Shown: positions 10,006 to 22,859 of the stretch, in pieces
Layout of the letters: the number at the start of each line of letters is the position of its first letter
Numbering within the stretch: the stretch's first letter is position 1
Origin: Fimicolochytrium jonesii
Taxonomy: Eukaryota
Length of the DNA: 64,000 bases
Reading direction: 5' to 3'
Assembly (NCBI RefSeq): GCF_025526975.1
Contig: NW_026515699.1
Span: 248,001 to 312,000 of the forward strand
Program-made: the position numbers and the translations under genes
Notes under the pieces: generated by a model
The model's input: only the letters and a program-made list of their open reading frames with translations
Database searches by the model: none
What the model was told of the DNA's origin: nothing

Positions 10006-12255
10006 ATGCCGCTTGGCGCCGGCGCCGGTCGTGAAGGAGACGGGGAAGCGCTGGAGGAAGCACATGCTGGGGGTTGGGGGAATATCGCAAACGTAGGGAA
10101 TGCCGAGGGCACTGGCAGCGATAATGGCAAGGACTGGAGACCGCTTGCAGATACCGCAACGACCGAGGAGGACTCGGCAACGACGCGGATAGAGTCCTTT
10201 CGCGGTGGTGGGAGTAGAAGTGGAATCGGGAGTGGCGTTCAAATCGCCGCAGACGATACTCACCACTCTCGGAACGTCGAGGACATAGAGCGGGAGGACG
10301 GTATAACAGGCAGCATCGCAAGAGTACGGCACCCCAAATCCCGAACTGGCCGAATCACACCCTCCTCTCACTCCGACACCGACCAAGCCATCGTCCCCAT
10401 CCCCTCCTCCCCCTCCCACACCCCCGTCACACCACTGGCCCCACCATCCGTGCTCCTCCCCGCCACCCACAAATCCTCGCTCTTCCATCTCCTCCGCCGC
10501 CTCGAGCTCTTCCTCCGCATCCGCCCACCAACCCTGCACCCCTACCCGCGCCTCACACATCCCTGGCTCCCCCGCATCTCCAAACCCCTCTCAACCCTTC
10601 TCGACCGCCTCCCATCCACCGTGCGCTTCATCCCGCGATTCCTCTACCCCTTCCTCTGGCTCCTCACCTTCGCCCTCCTCGTGTCCGACAACAACTACAA
10701 AGCGACGACATCAGAGGGCGCGCCGCAGTACGTCTCGTGCACGGACCAGCTATGGGCATGGGCGAGCCAGCAGTGTGGATTGGACGGGATGTATTGCTCG
10801 CCGTTTGCCAACGCGAGTTTCGTTATCCGATGCCCCGCTGAATGCGCCTCCACGCGAAATCAGAATAGAAGGTGGTTGGGCGGGACCATGCAGGGGTGGT
10901 TGGTCCCCTGGGTCGTCGGCGGCGGCCCCCCACCATCATCAGGGACAGCATCAGCACCCTACCGCGCCGAATCTTGGCTCTGCCCCTCCGCCATCCACGC
11001 CGGCCTCATCTCTAACCACTGGGGCGGCTGCGCGGCTATTGACCTCATAGGCGCCACCACAGCTTTCCCGTCAACAACGAGCAATGGAATCACCTCCCTG
11101 GGCTTCGACTCCTGGTTCCCCAAATCATACACCGTCCGCGCCCTCGCGCACACGGCCCATTGCACGGACAGATCGTGGGCCTACCTCCCGATCCTGCTCG
11201 TGTTTGCACTACTCTTCACCACATTCACACGACCCTCGCGCGCCCTGTTCACGTTCACATTTGTCTCCTTCGGATTCTGGTACACCATCTTCCTCGGCGC
11301 CGTCCCCATCCACGGCGACGGCTGGACGTCCGCGGCCTTCGGGACCTACCTCGTCCTCCTCGCCTTCACCCACGTGTTGCACACCCACGTCATCCGGCAC
11401 ACCCTCCCCACCCCTCTCCACAGCTTCCCCCTCGAAACGGCCATCCTGGTCATCGCCCCCTTCACATTCATCCTCCACCTCGAACTCATCACAGCCCCCC
11501 TGACAAATTTCGGGCTCACCTCCCGCGCCTTTGCCGACCCCCAGACCCTGATCATCTTTATCATCGCCCTCCCCCTCGTCCTCGCCATCTGCGCCATCCA
11601 ACTGTTCCATCTCCGCAAACACGGCCTGCTGGGCTCCTACCTCCTCGCCTACGCCGCAGCCGTCGCGGTGTACCTCCTCCTCCCCAAGCTGCTCGGCCTG
11701 TACATCCACCTGCACCACTACATCCTCGGCCTGTTGCTCGCCCCGCTCACGCGCATCCAGACCCGCGCAAGCATGATCCTGCAGTGGGCGTGCGTGGGCC
11801 TCCTCGTGCAGGGCGTCGCGCGCTGGGGCCCGGCGTCCCCGCTCGCCACCGCGTTCGAGAACACGGGCGGCGATGAGGTCGTCAGCGTGCCCCGCCCCGA
11901 GCTGGTCATCGATCAAGCCCGCTTGGCTAACAACGCGACCATTGCGTGGCGGTATGCGGATGACGGGGGGACGGCGACCACGGCGTATGACCCGGGGAAT
12001 TATACGATCCCTGCGGGCCTCCCCTACGACGCCTTCTCGCTGCTGCTAAACGATGTTGAGGTGTATAGGGGTCCGAGGGCGACGTACCGGGTGGAGATGA
12101 TGGGCGCCGTGGGCGGGAGGAGGATGCCGTGGTATGTGAGGGTGGCGCTTGTGAGTGGGGGGAGTCCGATGGAGTATAGTTGGCCGGTGTGGGTGAGTGC
12201 GGATGGGGCCGTGGGGTGGCCTAATGGGACGGTTTTGCCGCCTTTGGGGACGTAG
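10006..12255 (+). CDS. LCCL-domain multi-pass membrane protein
   Basis: YRAESWLCPSAIHAGLIS..GGC LCCL motif, CGLDG..C.PF, multiple TM helices, HLHHYILGLLL. Confidence 0.85.
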   Translation: MPLGAGAGREGDGEALEEAHAGGWGNIANVGNAEGTGSDNGKDWRPLADTATTEEDSATTRIESFRGGGSRSGIGSGVQIAADDTHHSRNVEDIEREDGITGSIARVRHPKSRTGRITPSSHSDTDQAIVPIPSSPSHTPVTPLAPPSVLLPATHKSSLFHLLRRLELFLRIRPPTLHPYPRLTHPWLPRISKPLSTLLDRLPSTVRFIPRFLYPFLWLLTFALLVSDNNYKATTSEGAPQYVSCTDQLWAWASQQCGLDGMYCSPFANASFVIRCPAECASTRNQNRRWLGGTMQGWLVPWVVGGGPPPSSGTASAPYRAESWLCPSAIHAGLISNHWGGCAAIDLIGATTAFPSTTSNGITSLGFDSWFPKSYTVRALAHTAHCTDRSWAYLPILLVFALLFTTFTRPSRALFTFTFVSFGFWYTIFLGAVPIHGDGWTSAAFGTYLVLLAFTHVLHTHVIRHTLPTPLHSFPLETAILVIAPFTFILHLELITAPLTNFGLTSRAFADPQTLIIFIIALPLVLAICAIQLFHLRKHGLLGSYLLAYAAAVAVYLLLPKLLGLYIHLHHYILGLLLAPLTRIQTRASMILQWACVGLLVQGVARWGPASPLATAFENTGGDEVVSVPRPELVIDQARLANNATIAWRYADDGGTATTAYDPGNYTIPAGLPYDAFSLLLNDVEVYRGPRATYRVEMMGAVGGRRMPWYVRVALVSGGSPMEYSWPVWVSADGAVGWPNGTVLPPLGT

Positions 12256-12464
12256 TGCATGATATCAGATACTTGACATTTTTGGCTGCTTCTGTGCATA
12301 TGGATTGAACACGTGAAACATATTTTTAGTCGATGAACAATATATATGTATCGGGAATATAAAAATGTACAGAATGTGGTCTAAGAAAACGGTGTTCGCT
12401 AGCTAGCTAGGTAGGTGGGCTGGGTTATAAAGTGAAGTGAGATGTGGAGGTGGGGAGCGGTGGG

Positions 12465-14281
12465 TTAGACGGCCAGTTTCTTGACGTCCTTCGCTAGCGC
12501 GTCGGCGGTCGATTTTGCGGGTTTGCCTTGCTGAAAAGGGAGAGAAGTCAGGGCGAGATAACTTTCAAGAAACAGTGTGCACCTTGCTCAACGCACCTTC
12601 TTTCCCCCCGGCAGCTCCCTCACAAAGGGGAAAAACTCCTTCCCGCCCATATACTGCCTCAACACCTGTGGGACCACCACACCGTCCTCCGTCTGATAAT
12701 TCTCCAACAGACAGCAAATGGTGCGTTCCGTGGCTGTGAGGGTACAGTTCAACGCATGGACGTATTTCTTTGTCTGGTCGTTGAGTTTCTTTGCGCCGAG
12801 GCGGATCTCGAGTAGACGGGTCTGGTAGTCGGTGCAGTTGGAGCAGGAGACAAGCTCCTTGTATTCGTTCTGGAAGGGGAACCAGGCTTCCAGGTCGTAC
12901 TTTTTGGCGGCGGCGTTGTTGAGCGCGCCCGATACGATGGAGATGACGTGGTAGGGGAGGCCGAGCTAATGGTTGCGAAGGGAAAGGGTGGTTAGGTGGT
13001 TTGGGGGAAAAGGTAGATGTGCCAGGAAAGTGGGGCTCGAGCACCTACCGACTGGTAAAACTCCTGAGCAATCGCAATCATCTCCTCGTGCATGTCCCAA
13101 CTCTTTTCCGGCTCAGTAAGCACAAACTGCTCGACCTTTTCAAACTGATGCACGCGGAAGATGCCCCACGTATCACGGCCATGGGCGCCGGCCTCCTTCC
13201 TGAAACACGTGGACTGGCCCGCGTACTTCTTCGGCAACTCCTTCTCCGGTTCCGTGAACCATTCGCCGGCGTGGAAGGCGCTGATGGGCTGCTCGCTGGT
13301 GGCGATGAGGTATTTTTCGTCCCGGTCCTCTTCCGCGGCGTCCGTGGAGGCTTCCTCGCCGCCGACTTTGTACAGCGCTTCGTCGAATTCTTCGAGTTGC
13401 GCAGTTTTGGCCATAAGGGACTTTTTCATGAAGTAGGGCGTCCAGAGTTTGGTGTAGCCGCGCTTTTCGAGGAAGTCGAGGCCGTAGTGGATCAGGGCGA
13501 GGTTGAGATCGACCCCGGGCCCTGTTAGGAAGTAACCACGGTGGCCTGCCACATTGGTTCCTGCAAATACAAATCAAGCGAAATGCGTCAGCGCCGTCCG
13601 CTTGTCGCATAGACTCTCCGAAAAGCGCCGAAAATCCCGATCCTCTCCCATCCCAATGGGATCACTCACCCCGCTGCGAATCGTAGCCCGCAATCCTCTC
13701 CAGCACCTCATGATGGCTATAAAGCCCAACCACGCCCTTCGCGTCCTTCCCACCCAACTTGTTTCTCTTTTCCATCTCCGCCGCCTCAGTCCGTCCCTCC
13801 GGCCACCACTTCTTCACAACCAAGTTATCCCGCTCATCCTTCGAGTCGACCACACTGTCATGCACAATGTTCCCAATGAGGTTCAGTTTGTGGTTCAGAA
13901 TCTTCTCCTTCTCGTCAGAGATCTTGTTGGCCTCGATCTTCTCGGCCTCTGCTTCCGCTTTACGGGTCTGCAGAGCGGTCCATTCGGGCGTGTCGCGCTG
14001 TTTGGCTTTAGCGAGGGCCTGCAGTTCTTTGCCGATGGAGTTGATTTTGCGGTTTACTTCGTCGGCCTGGAAGCGGGCTGCGGGTGGGGTGTTCAGATTA
14101 GGGAATAGCTCAAGCGCAAACTGTGGCCGTGTGCGTGGGCACCTTTGATCCAGTCCTGGTCGAGTTCAATGACCTCGTCGACGAGAGCGACGGCCTTGTC
14201 GCCGCCACGCTTCCGCTGGGAGTCCTTGACAGCCTGGATGTTTCCGCCCTTATCGGGACGCAGTGAATTTATGTCGATCAT
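12465..14281 (-). CDS. SES1: Cytoplasmic seryl-tRNA synthetase, multi-exon
   Basis: [61 protein letters not shown]. Confidence 0.96.
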
Positions 14282-14480
14282 TGTTGCTGCTGTGCTGGCT
14301 TCTGCCTGTGGTGGTTGTGTGTTGAACTGGGGGGCTGCTTGGGGGGTTGAGCATTTATGCGAATTCAATGCCTCCAAGCGTCATGTGACTCGTGCGCGTA
14401 ATTAAAATAAAATGGAAAAGCAAATTTTTTTTTATTATATTATATTAGGTAAAGCTTCTGAATATTATATTAGGTTTTTT

Positions 14481-14692
14481 AAAGAAGTGCATTCAGGTAA
14501 CATACCATTGACGCGGTCATACTCTGAGCTGAAGGACGTGGGAATCGAACCGGTTACCTGCACGTCTGCAGACAAGGAAGATTCGCCACTACGCCAAACA
14601 GTATATGCTGGCCACAAATCTGGTTACGACGCCCCAGACATCATTCCGAGCATATAGCCACCACGGGTGTGAGCAAGCCTTCTCACTGCCAT
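14481..14692 (-). mobile_element. tRNA-derived SINE-like repeat, copy 1, followed on the minus strand by an AT-rich tail
   Basis: Nearly identical to 40233-40445 in reverse complement; A box TGGCGTAGTGG, CTGCAGA loop, B box GGTTCGATTCC. Confidence 0.7.
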
Positions 14693-14719
14693 ATTCCACC
14701 CACCGTCTTCTGCACCGTC

Positions 14720-16650
14720 ATGGCCAACAATGAACGAGCTCGAAGAAGGCTGCATTTGTTGAGCTTCACCCCATCCTCCCTCCTTTCTCAGTCGAGTGAC
14801 TTATTCTCCTCCTCTGCTGGCACTACTCGCAACACTGACTTGCCTGCGGCTCCGTTCTCCGCCTCCGTACGCGCAAAAAATCCCACGATGGCGTGGTCAT
14901 GGAAGCCGAAATGCCCCTCGGTGCTGAATATCTCCTGGCTGCTCGTTCTCCTTCTCCTGGTGACCGCTATCATGGGGTTCGCTGCGCTATCACGAGATCC
15001 GTGACCTCAAAGCCACCATTGCAACTTTTCCCGAGCCTAGTTACTAGCATTGAGGATTCAAGGAACAAGCGACGCGCATCATCAACCGAATGGAGCACAT
15101 GAACGGACAGTTGTTTGTCAGTCCTTGATACGGAAACCAACAGTGAACCGGACATTGATACCGAACAATCACCCCACGACGCCTGAGCTCGTGGCCCTGA
15201 TGAAGGCCCGCTTGCAGCACATCACCGGAATGCAGACTATGCAGTGCTGGGACTTCCGCGGGGCGCATACAGCGCCGCTGTCCTGCCAGGAAGTGGTTTT
15301 CATTTTCAGTAGCTGCATTCGTCGCTACTTACTCGTGAACTGCTCGAAACTCAGAGTTGGAATCCGCGACACCCTCTGAATGCATGAACGCAGGGCAACG
15401 GGGCTGACCGCGAGGATTTTCAGAGTCCTCTTTCCCCAGCGGACCAAAGCACAGATTGTGGGGAAGCTCAGTTTCGTGCATTTCCGCTGATCGACAAAGG
15501 GGGTTCTGATTCGACATGGCGAGAAACCGGTCAGGACAGGAGGAAGGTCTGTGGAGTGGGGGCACCCAAACATTCTGACGAAAGGGGCGGCAGAACAAGT
15601 TAAGCGCAAAGGACGTTTTCCAGAAGACGCCGTGTGGTTTACCTGTATGCCTTCGATGTTTCGTCCCGCTTAGCGACGGTATTCATCTCCAAGCCAACCC
15701 AAAGGGTCGCTTGTCAACAGTACGCTCTATGGCTAGGAACCACTCGAATGTGCATCATAGACCCGAGGATGTCGCAGTGCAGCCACAATCTCGTGATTCT
15801 GACCGCACTGCAACGGACTGATATGACCCCGTTTGGACTGCAAGCGGCTGATACATGGAGGCACGGTCAAGGCGGCAGATAGCTCAACGAAGGAGGGCTT
15901 TTCGTTGGCGCTTGGCAATGATGTAAGTCTTTACGCCTTTAAAAAGTTCACGCTTTCTATCTTCGAAGGGTTTTTGGTGGTCCCTTATTTTACACGCAGT
16001 CGCACCCCTCCTCGACCGATCCACTGTGGAGCATCAGACGCAGTACATGCACGCTACATATGTACCGGCCGCTGGAGCTCGGGGGTTTGGTGAAAGATCT
16101 AAACCGACGCTGGAGATATTCGGATCGCGCCCTTTCGTGGACCTCCGTCACCAGATCGAGTCTCAAAGCCGCATGATGGAAGCCCAAAGTCAGAAGATGG
16201 ACATGGTCCTCGCCGATATGCCGGAGGAGCGAGCCCGACGCGACGAGGAGTTGCGGGAGCGTCAGAAGCGCGCGAAGCGTCAGAAGGCGGAGAGCATGAA
16301 CGGCCGTCTACGACTTTGTGAGCAAGTGCGAGCGGCTCTATTGTCAAACGAAAGGCGTTGAACACACGACGTTCAAGCAAAGGGCGAGCTTCGATGGGGA
16401 TGCGCTGCGGTCGGCGCTAGGTTCAGACGCAGCCGGCCTGCAGGTTCCGGTGGACACTGTGAAGTATATCAAAGACGAGCGTTTGGAATACGGGCATGCC
16501 CCAAAGGCCTTGCGCAAGGCCTTGTTCCTGGAGGACATCATTCCCCTCGCGGACACCCCGTTTTGTAGTATCTCAGTACACGGAGATTGATGAATAGCAG
16601 AGGCCGGCTCCTGAGCACGCACGCTCTCCTGATACGTACCTTTGCAGAAG
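14720..16650 (+). pseudogene. Island of decayed ORF fragments (TM + coiled-coil pieces), family unidentified
   Basis: Short protein-like segments broken by stops and frameshifts, e.g. 16026-16361 continuing in another frame at 16318-16590. Confidence 0.35.
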
Positions 16651-16907
16651 AGCAATCAAATCATAGAGCATAATTTACAACCCTTACATACGCTCTAACT
16701 CCGTTCCAAAGATGCGCCGAAGTTCGCTAGCTACGCTATGTTAGGTGTTTCCGTAAGCTACGGCGAGGGCCGGGGTGTGTGAGTTCATCCGGGGACAGGA
16801 GATGAGTTTCCGGGGGTTGTCGTGTCGGTTCTATGGCCTCCAGAGTAGTCAAATCCAACGGACGCCCCCTTTCTGGACCTGGCGCGCACACGCCCGCGTG
16901 ATTCACT

Positions 16908-19900
16908 TCACTCATCAAACAACCCGCCAAACCACCCATTCGCCTTGTCCTCACTCTCCTCCTCCTCCCCGCGTCTGCGCTCACTCTTCACCCTCGGCCG
17001 CTCAAACACCGCCTTCTCGGGCCGTTTATCCAACACGAACCCTTGCCCGCCGCCGCCGACTTTGTCCTCCCTCCCCAGCTCCCCGACCGCAACGCCCACC
17101 CATTGCCCCAGCAACGCCCTCACGAGCGCGTTCTGCGTTTTGCTGTTGGCCGTGGCCAAGATCTGCGCTTCAAAGTCCCTGATCTTCTGCACCGGCACGG
17201 CGGGGGAGAGGACCACAGCGAGGGTCTGCGCGGGCGTCTCACACAGCGGGCGAAACGTGGCATAACACTCCGCGACGGCGGAAAAGAGGTCCGAGTGCAG
17301 CGGGACAAAGTAGCCGGAGCGCAGCGCGTGCAGGTACGTTGTGAGCAGCGGCGTGGATGCCCAGTTCCACAGGTCCCGTGTACCCCCGCCCAGGTTTCCC
17401 AAGGCGGCAAGGGTGGGGACCAATTTCATGGACGCGATGACAGCCTTCCGCGCCGCGAGGGTGTCCTTATACGTGATGCATGCGAGGAGGGCGGCGAGGT
17501 ACGGCCCCGCGAACTGGGTCAGGAGGGGTTGGACGAGGTGCGGGTGCTTATAAGGCGTGAAGGGTGTTGGCGGGTGCGAGTCTGAGTCTGGTTTTTTGGC
17601 GGTGGTGGTGGTGGTGGGTGCAGGCGCGAGTGCAATGACCCCCGTCACCAGCTCCGCAAACGCGCGCGTCACATCCCTCAACACGCGTTCGTTGTCGATA
17701 TCCTCGCTGACATCCTCCTCCCCGCCTTCTTCGACCGTCCCGCCAACACCCATGACCAACCCCCGCTCCTCGGCTGCCCTCCACTCGCCTCCCAACCGAG
17801 CCGTCGCAAACTCACACAGGGGTAACAACACATTCTGGAGCACCGCGTCGACGCACCACCCGTCATCCCCGTCATCAGCCGGACAATGCATCACGACCGG
17901 CCTCGCAACGCTGCTGATGGTCGATTTCCAGTACCGGTCGCCCAGCCCCGCGGCCGTCTCAAACACGGCCGTTCGAAAGTGTGTGGTGAGCAGATCCGGT
18001 AAAGTGTAGAAGACGCGGCCGAGGTGGGTGAGGTGGGTGAGGATGCCGAAGGACAGCTCGCGGAGGGTTGAGAGGGTGCGGAGGATGGATGTCAGGTGTT
18101 TTAGCAGGGGGCCGTCGGTGGCGGTGAGTTTGTGGGAGCCGCGGACGAGGGGTTTCGTGGAGGTCGGGAGGGCGTCGAAGGTGGTGGGTGAGTGGACCCC
18201 GTGGAGGGTGCTGATGAGGGTGAGTGTGCTTTGGGTGAGGGCGGGGAGGAGAGGTGTCCACAGCGTCGCGGCTAGGTCTTTCCCCGAAGTTTCGAGGGTG
18301 CGTTTAAGGAAGTTGTTGAGGGCGCCGAGGAGATGGGTTAGTTTGCCGCGGTCGGTGCGTTTGGTTTCTAGTTCTTGGAGGAGTGGAGGCGGAATATCGG
18401 ATGGGGTGTCGGTTGGTTGCAGGTACTGCGTATTCGCGAGCACGATCCCCAGCCCGGAATAATGCACCAACGCCTCCGGGGACGCGGCCATCTGATCCAC
18501 CGCCTGCTGAAACTCGTCCACCACCGGTCGCACCAGCCCCATAAACTCCCCCTCCTTCTGCTCCACGCTTAGCGCAGCCGCCGAACACGCAATCGCAAGC
18601 AAAAACTCCGTCAAAAGCGCCTGTTCCGACGGCAACGTCGCCGTTCCCGTCTTCAACCCCCGCACCGCTGTGCCAATGTCGCCATAGATAGTGACCAAAA
18701 TCTCCGGCATCGCGACAGCCAACTTGATCAACGAGCTACACGCCGTGCGTCTCAGCGCGCGCGTCTCGTCCCTGATCCCGGCACCCGTGGCAATAAATCC
18801 CTGTTCGTCGGGCATGACGAAGGTGACGAAGGTGAAGAGTTTCTGCAGACAGCGGAGGAGGAGGTCTGGGGCGCCGCTGAGCACTTCTGCTAGGGCTACA
18901 ATCATCTTGAGTTGGATGCGGGTGAGCACTGCCGAGGGGGTTTCGTAGCTGAGGATGACTTGGACGAGGTCTTGCATTGCTTGTGTTAAAGAGGTGCTGC
19001 CGGTGACCAATTGAGCAGGGCGGACGCCGCGCATGACGTGGTCGAGGAGTTCCGCGTTTCCTTCAAAGAGCTGGATATAGCCCGGTTCGTTTGAGTGTTG
19101 TCCCAGCATGGCTTGGATACGTCTTGCGACCCAGAGGAACGACTGCTCGGGCTCCAGCGTCGCGGCGGTGCTGATGATATGCTGTAACCGTTGATGCAGA
19201 TCATTCTCAGCAAGCTCGTAAAAATCCTTCGAGTCGAAATCGATGTCGGTGTAGTATGCTGCCGCTTCCACGCGGGCCTTATTGCCCTGCTTGCACAGCA
19301 TGGAGGCGACAAGCTCCCGTAGCGGCGGGAGCATGTACGTCGTCTCGGGTAGGGTCTGGAAATGCGCATGGCGGAGGATCTCCGTCCATAGTGGTGCGAC
19401 GGTGGATGCGACCAACAGGGAAGGGTGGCTGAGAATGACGAGCAACAGCTCGAGGTATTTGGATAAGTTAGGCGGGGTGATGGCGTTCTTCTTCAGCAGC
19501 AGTTGGACATCGCCGAGGGCGACGATGGTCTGCGCGAGCCGTTTAACGAACGCGTATCCCTCTTCTTCGAGGGGCTCACTGCCTGGCTCCATGACGGTGG
19601 GTGCGAGGAGGGTCTGCTGCCCATGCGCCCGTGCCCACGCCGCGACGAGCAAGTCAAGGCACCCATCCACAAACAGCGGTTTCAGCATGCAGTTCATCCG
19701 CGCGTCGTCGGTGAGCTGGCCCGGCTGTCGCGAAAAGAGCACCAACAGGCAATCCACCGCCGCCGCACGTACCGGCTCCGATTCCGACAGCAGCAGAGTC
19801 ATGCACGCGTAGGTGACACGCGCCTGCTCAATCGTCCGTCCAGGCACCCACTCCATGTTCACCGCCACGGCGTTGAGAGTCAGCACCGCCAATCTCTCGA

Positions 19901-21152
19901 CCGTCTGTGCTCGTTGTTGATCCCCTCCTGCTGCTGCGCGTGCTAGACTGATCCACTCGTTATGTAGTTGATCCGCCGCCTGCATCCATCGCACGATCCA
20001 TCCTTCATTCTCCGGGTTGGCTCGGATTATGCGTAGGATGAGTTCGTAGTCCGAGTGGGCGATGTTGGAGGGCATCCCCGCGAGCTCCACGTCTGCGCCG
20101 CGCTGTTCGTTTAGCTCCTGTAGGGCGCTGGCGCTCATTGTTACTGCCATCATCCCTGTTACCAGCTCCTTTTTGCGGAGTTGGGCAAAGGCGTCGTCGT
20201 AGATGAAGATGTCTTCGGTGAGGGAGCGGTAGATCAGCAGAACTAGTTCTCGATGCGTTGACTACGTATATACAGGTGGGTGTGAGTTCGCGGATGTCAG
20301 CATTCCACTAGCAGTTCGAACAATCACCCAACCACACCTACACTCTGCTCATACAGCTGCCTCAGCAACACGTCCATGTCCATCCAGTTCAATGGCCACA
20401 TCCGTTTCGCAATCTCGTCAAATAGCCGCGCGACTTTCTCTTTCACGAACGTCTTTTCCACATCCATGTCCATCGTTCCCTGCGTGAGAGGAAAGGGAAG
20501 GATCAACAACCAAGAACCGCCAACCGTCAATTGTCAACCGTCAATCCCATTAATCGATCAACCATCAACAACCCTTCAATTTGGAGCGGATGGTTGACCG
20601 ACACCCTGCTTGCTCCGCTCGCGACACGAAGATTGCGCTGGTGTGTGATCCGCAATCCTGGGCCTCTGGCCCAGTAGGCTCGGCCTCGCTTCACTCGGAA
20701 CCTCAAGAATCCCTCCGACTATGACCGAGTTGAGCTCGCGATCGCTCGCTTTCTCCTCGCTTCGCTCGGCATCCCAAGCATCCCCGGGCTTCGCTTCGCT
20801 AGGACTACGGCCCAGTTGGGCTCGCTATCACTCGCGCGCCCTACCGCGCGCCGTCGCTTCGCTCGCGGCGTCCCAAAACTTACATCCCTAACCAGCCCAA
20901 CAATGCCATCCCTCACAACCCCCCTCTCCTCATCCCCCATCCCACTCCATTTCAACTTGACAGCGTTCTCGACCAAAGTGAGCCCAAAGTGTCTGATGTG
21001 GTCCGGCTGGCGGCTATTCTTATGTGCGAGGTGGTATCCCCAGAGGGCTGCTTGCGGGTGCTGTTTGAGGGCTTCGATGTACTAAGAGGTGGAGGGAACT
21101 TAAGTACGTTGCGTGTTGACGGCGGGGCCCTCGGCTGTCATACGATAATACT

Positions 21153-21191
<39 letters not shown>

Positions 21192-21391
21192 CGTTAGCCA
21201 ACCGCCGCCGGTCGTTCGACGCCGAAGGATCGTATATGGTAGATATCGCCTCGGTGATTTGGACAAACACTGAAGTACGAGAGAAATTAGCCTCACTTTG
21301 ACGCTTTCCTTTCGCAATTGACTGTGCGCGCCTGAGTGATCTTAAGGGAGCACACATAATGGGTGGAGGGTATTGTACCTGTTTGGTCCAT
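16908..21391 (-). CDS. MSN5: Exportin-5/Msn5 family karyopherin, ~5 exons
   Basis: IYDPSASNDRRRLANE..IRHFGLTLVENAVKLKW..FVKEKVARLFDEIAKRMWP..W; long HEAT-like 3' exon. Confidence 0.85.
20585..20875 (-). repeat. Intronic GCGAAGC-rich element, copy A, in the 404-nt MSN5 intron 20480-20883
   Basis: Multiple cgagcgaagcga motifs on the minus strand; 3' module cagcgcaatcttcgtgtcgcgagcggagcaagcagggtgtcggtcaaccatcc shared with copy C. Confidence 0.7.
21155..21189. repeat. (CA)n/(TG)n microsatellite at the 5' end of an MSN5 intron
   Basis: Run of about 17 CA units. Confidence 0.95.
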
Positions 21392-21675
21392 GGCGGCGAG
21401 CATGGGACCTGTGCAGGCCGAGGGGCACTTGCAGGAGGGGATATATACAGGCGGACGGGGTGTTTGGGAGCAGTTTGGGAAAGGGGCGACGCGTGAACGA
21501 GCCTCAAAGAGTCAAAGGGGTGTGCAGTGGACGCCCGTCTCGCACACTCCCCTCGCCATAACATACACAGGCAGCACTCCCAGCCATACCTCATAGCCCT
21601 CATCCATACAAGGGCTCTCTCTCTGGTCTCTCCCCTCCCTCGTCTCTCCTTCTCCTCCTTCAACCTCCTCCACAA

Positions 21676-22859
21676 ATGGCTGCCTCCTCGTTCGCCGCCG
21701 CAGAGGTACGTAACCGTCGTTTACGGCGCGCCTAACCACAACTCCCCTTCGACTGACGCCTGTGCGTGCTTGGTCCATCCTACCCTATCCTCTCCAACAG
21801 GCCGATGCCGGTCTCACCGGCGATACGCCCACAGGCCCGATGTCCAAGTCTGGTTTGCAGGTAAGCCGCGGAAACGGTGTCCACTCCCAAACGTGTCAAC
21901 ACGGCCGCAGCCTGATCTACCCCGTCACCCCGCCCTGGACATATAGTCCCTCCTAATGTCCCTAAGCGTGATCCTCGTCTCCGAGATCGGCGACAAAACC
22001 TTCTTCATCGCCGCCATCCTCGCCATGAAATCCCCTCGCTTCCTCATCTTCTCCGCCGCAATGTCCGCGCTGGGGATCATGACCGTTCTGTCCGCGGTGC
22101 TGGGCCACATTGCGCCCATGCTGATCTCAAAGGAGTACACGCAGCTCGGGGCCAGTGTGCTGTTCTTTGTGTTTGGGGTCAAGATGGTGCACGATGCGTG
22201 GGGGATGCATGGCGGGGAGGGGAAAGAGGAGTTGAGGGAAGTCGCGGCGGAGTTGGATGAGAAGGATAGTTCGCATGATCTGAGTGTGGCTGAGGGCGGC
22301 GGCGATGAGGGGTCCGATGCCGGGAAACCGCGGATCGTGTCCTCCGCAGCGACGGGCACCTACCTTGGCCGCCTCGTGTCGGACTTACTAGGGGCCATGG
22401 AGACAGCCGTCAAGAAAGTGGCGCACCCGGTCTGGATCAAGGCGTTCGTGTTGACGTTTCTGGCAGAGTGGGGCGATCGGTCGCAGATTGCGACGGTGGC
22501 GTTGGCGGGGGCGGAGGATTTCTGGTGGGTGACGATCGGCACGCTGGTCGGGCATGCCGTCTGTAGTACCATTGCGGTGGTTGGGGGACGGATGCTGGCC
22601 GCGAGGATCAGTGTCAAGACTAGTAAGTTTGGGGGGGTACACTATGGCTCTTTTCCGTGTTGTGCGCTCTCACTGACCCCGTCTGTCTGTTTTCCCCGCT
22701 GCAGTCACTATGGCCGGCGGAATCCTCTTCCTCATCTTTGGCGTCTTTGCCTTCCGCGAAGCCACCGCAGGGTTCAACCACGAGGCCCTGCTTGCGAAAT
22801 GGAGGGACAGGACGGCGACACATTCGGGGTCGGATAGCGGGTCGACTGGGACGTCGTGA
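21676..22859 (+). CDS. GDT1: GDT1/TMEM165 (UPF0016) Ca2+/Mn2+ transporter, 4 exons
   Basis: Two signature motifs SEIGDKTF and AEWGDRSQ. Confidence 0.93.

Noticed and set aside
11160..11916. Long overlapping and antisense ORFs (also over SES1, NOC2, NUG1, TSC1)
   Set aside because: Shadow ORFs expected from GC-rich, codon-biased genes.
15170..15850. His-Me/HNH endonuclease remnant (CWDFRGAHT ... SQCSHNL)
   Set aside because: The motifs are far apart, in different frames, and lack the full His-Cys pattern.
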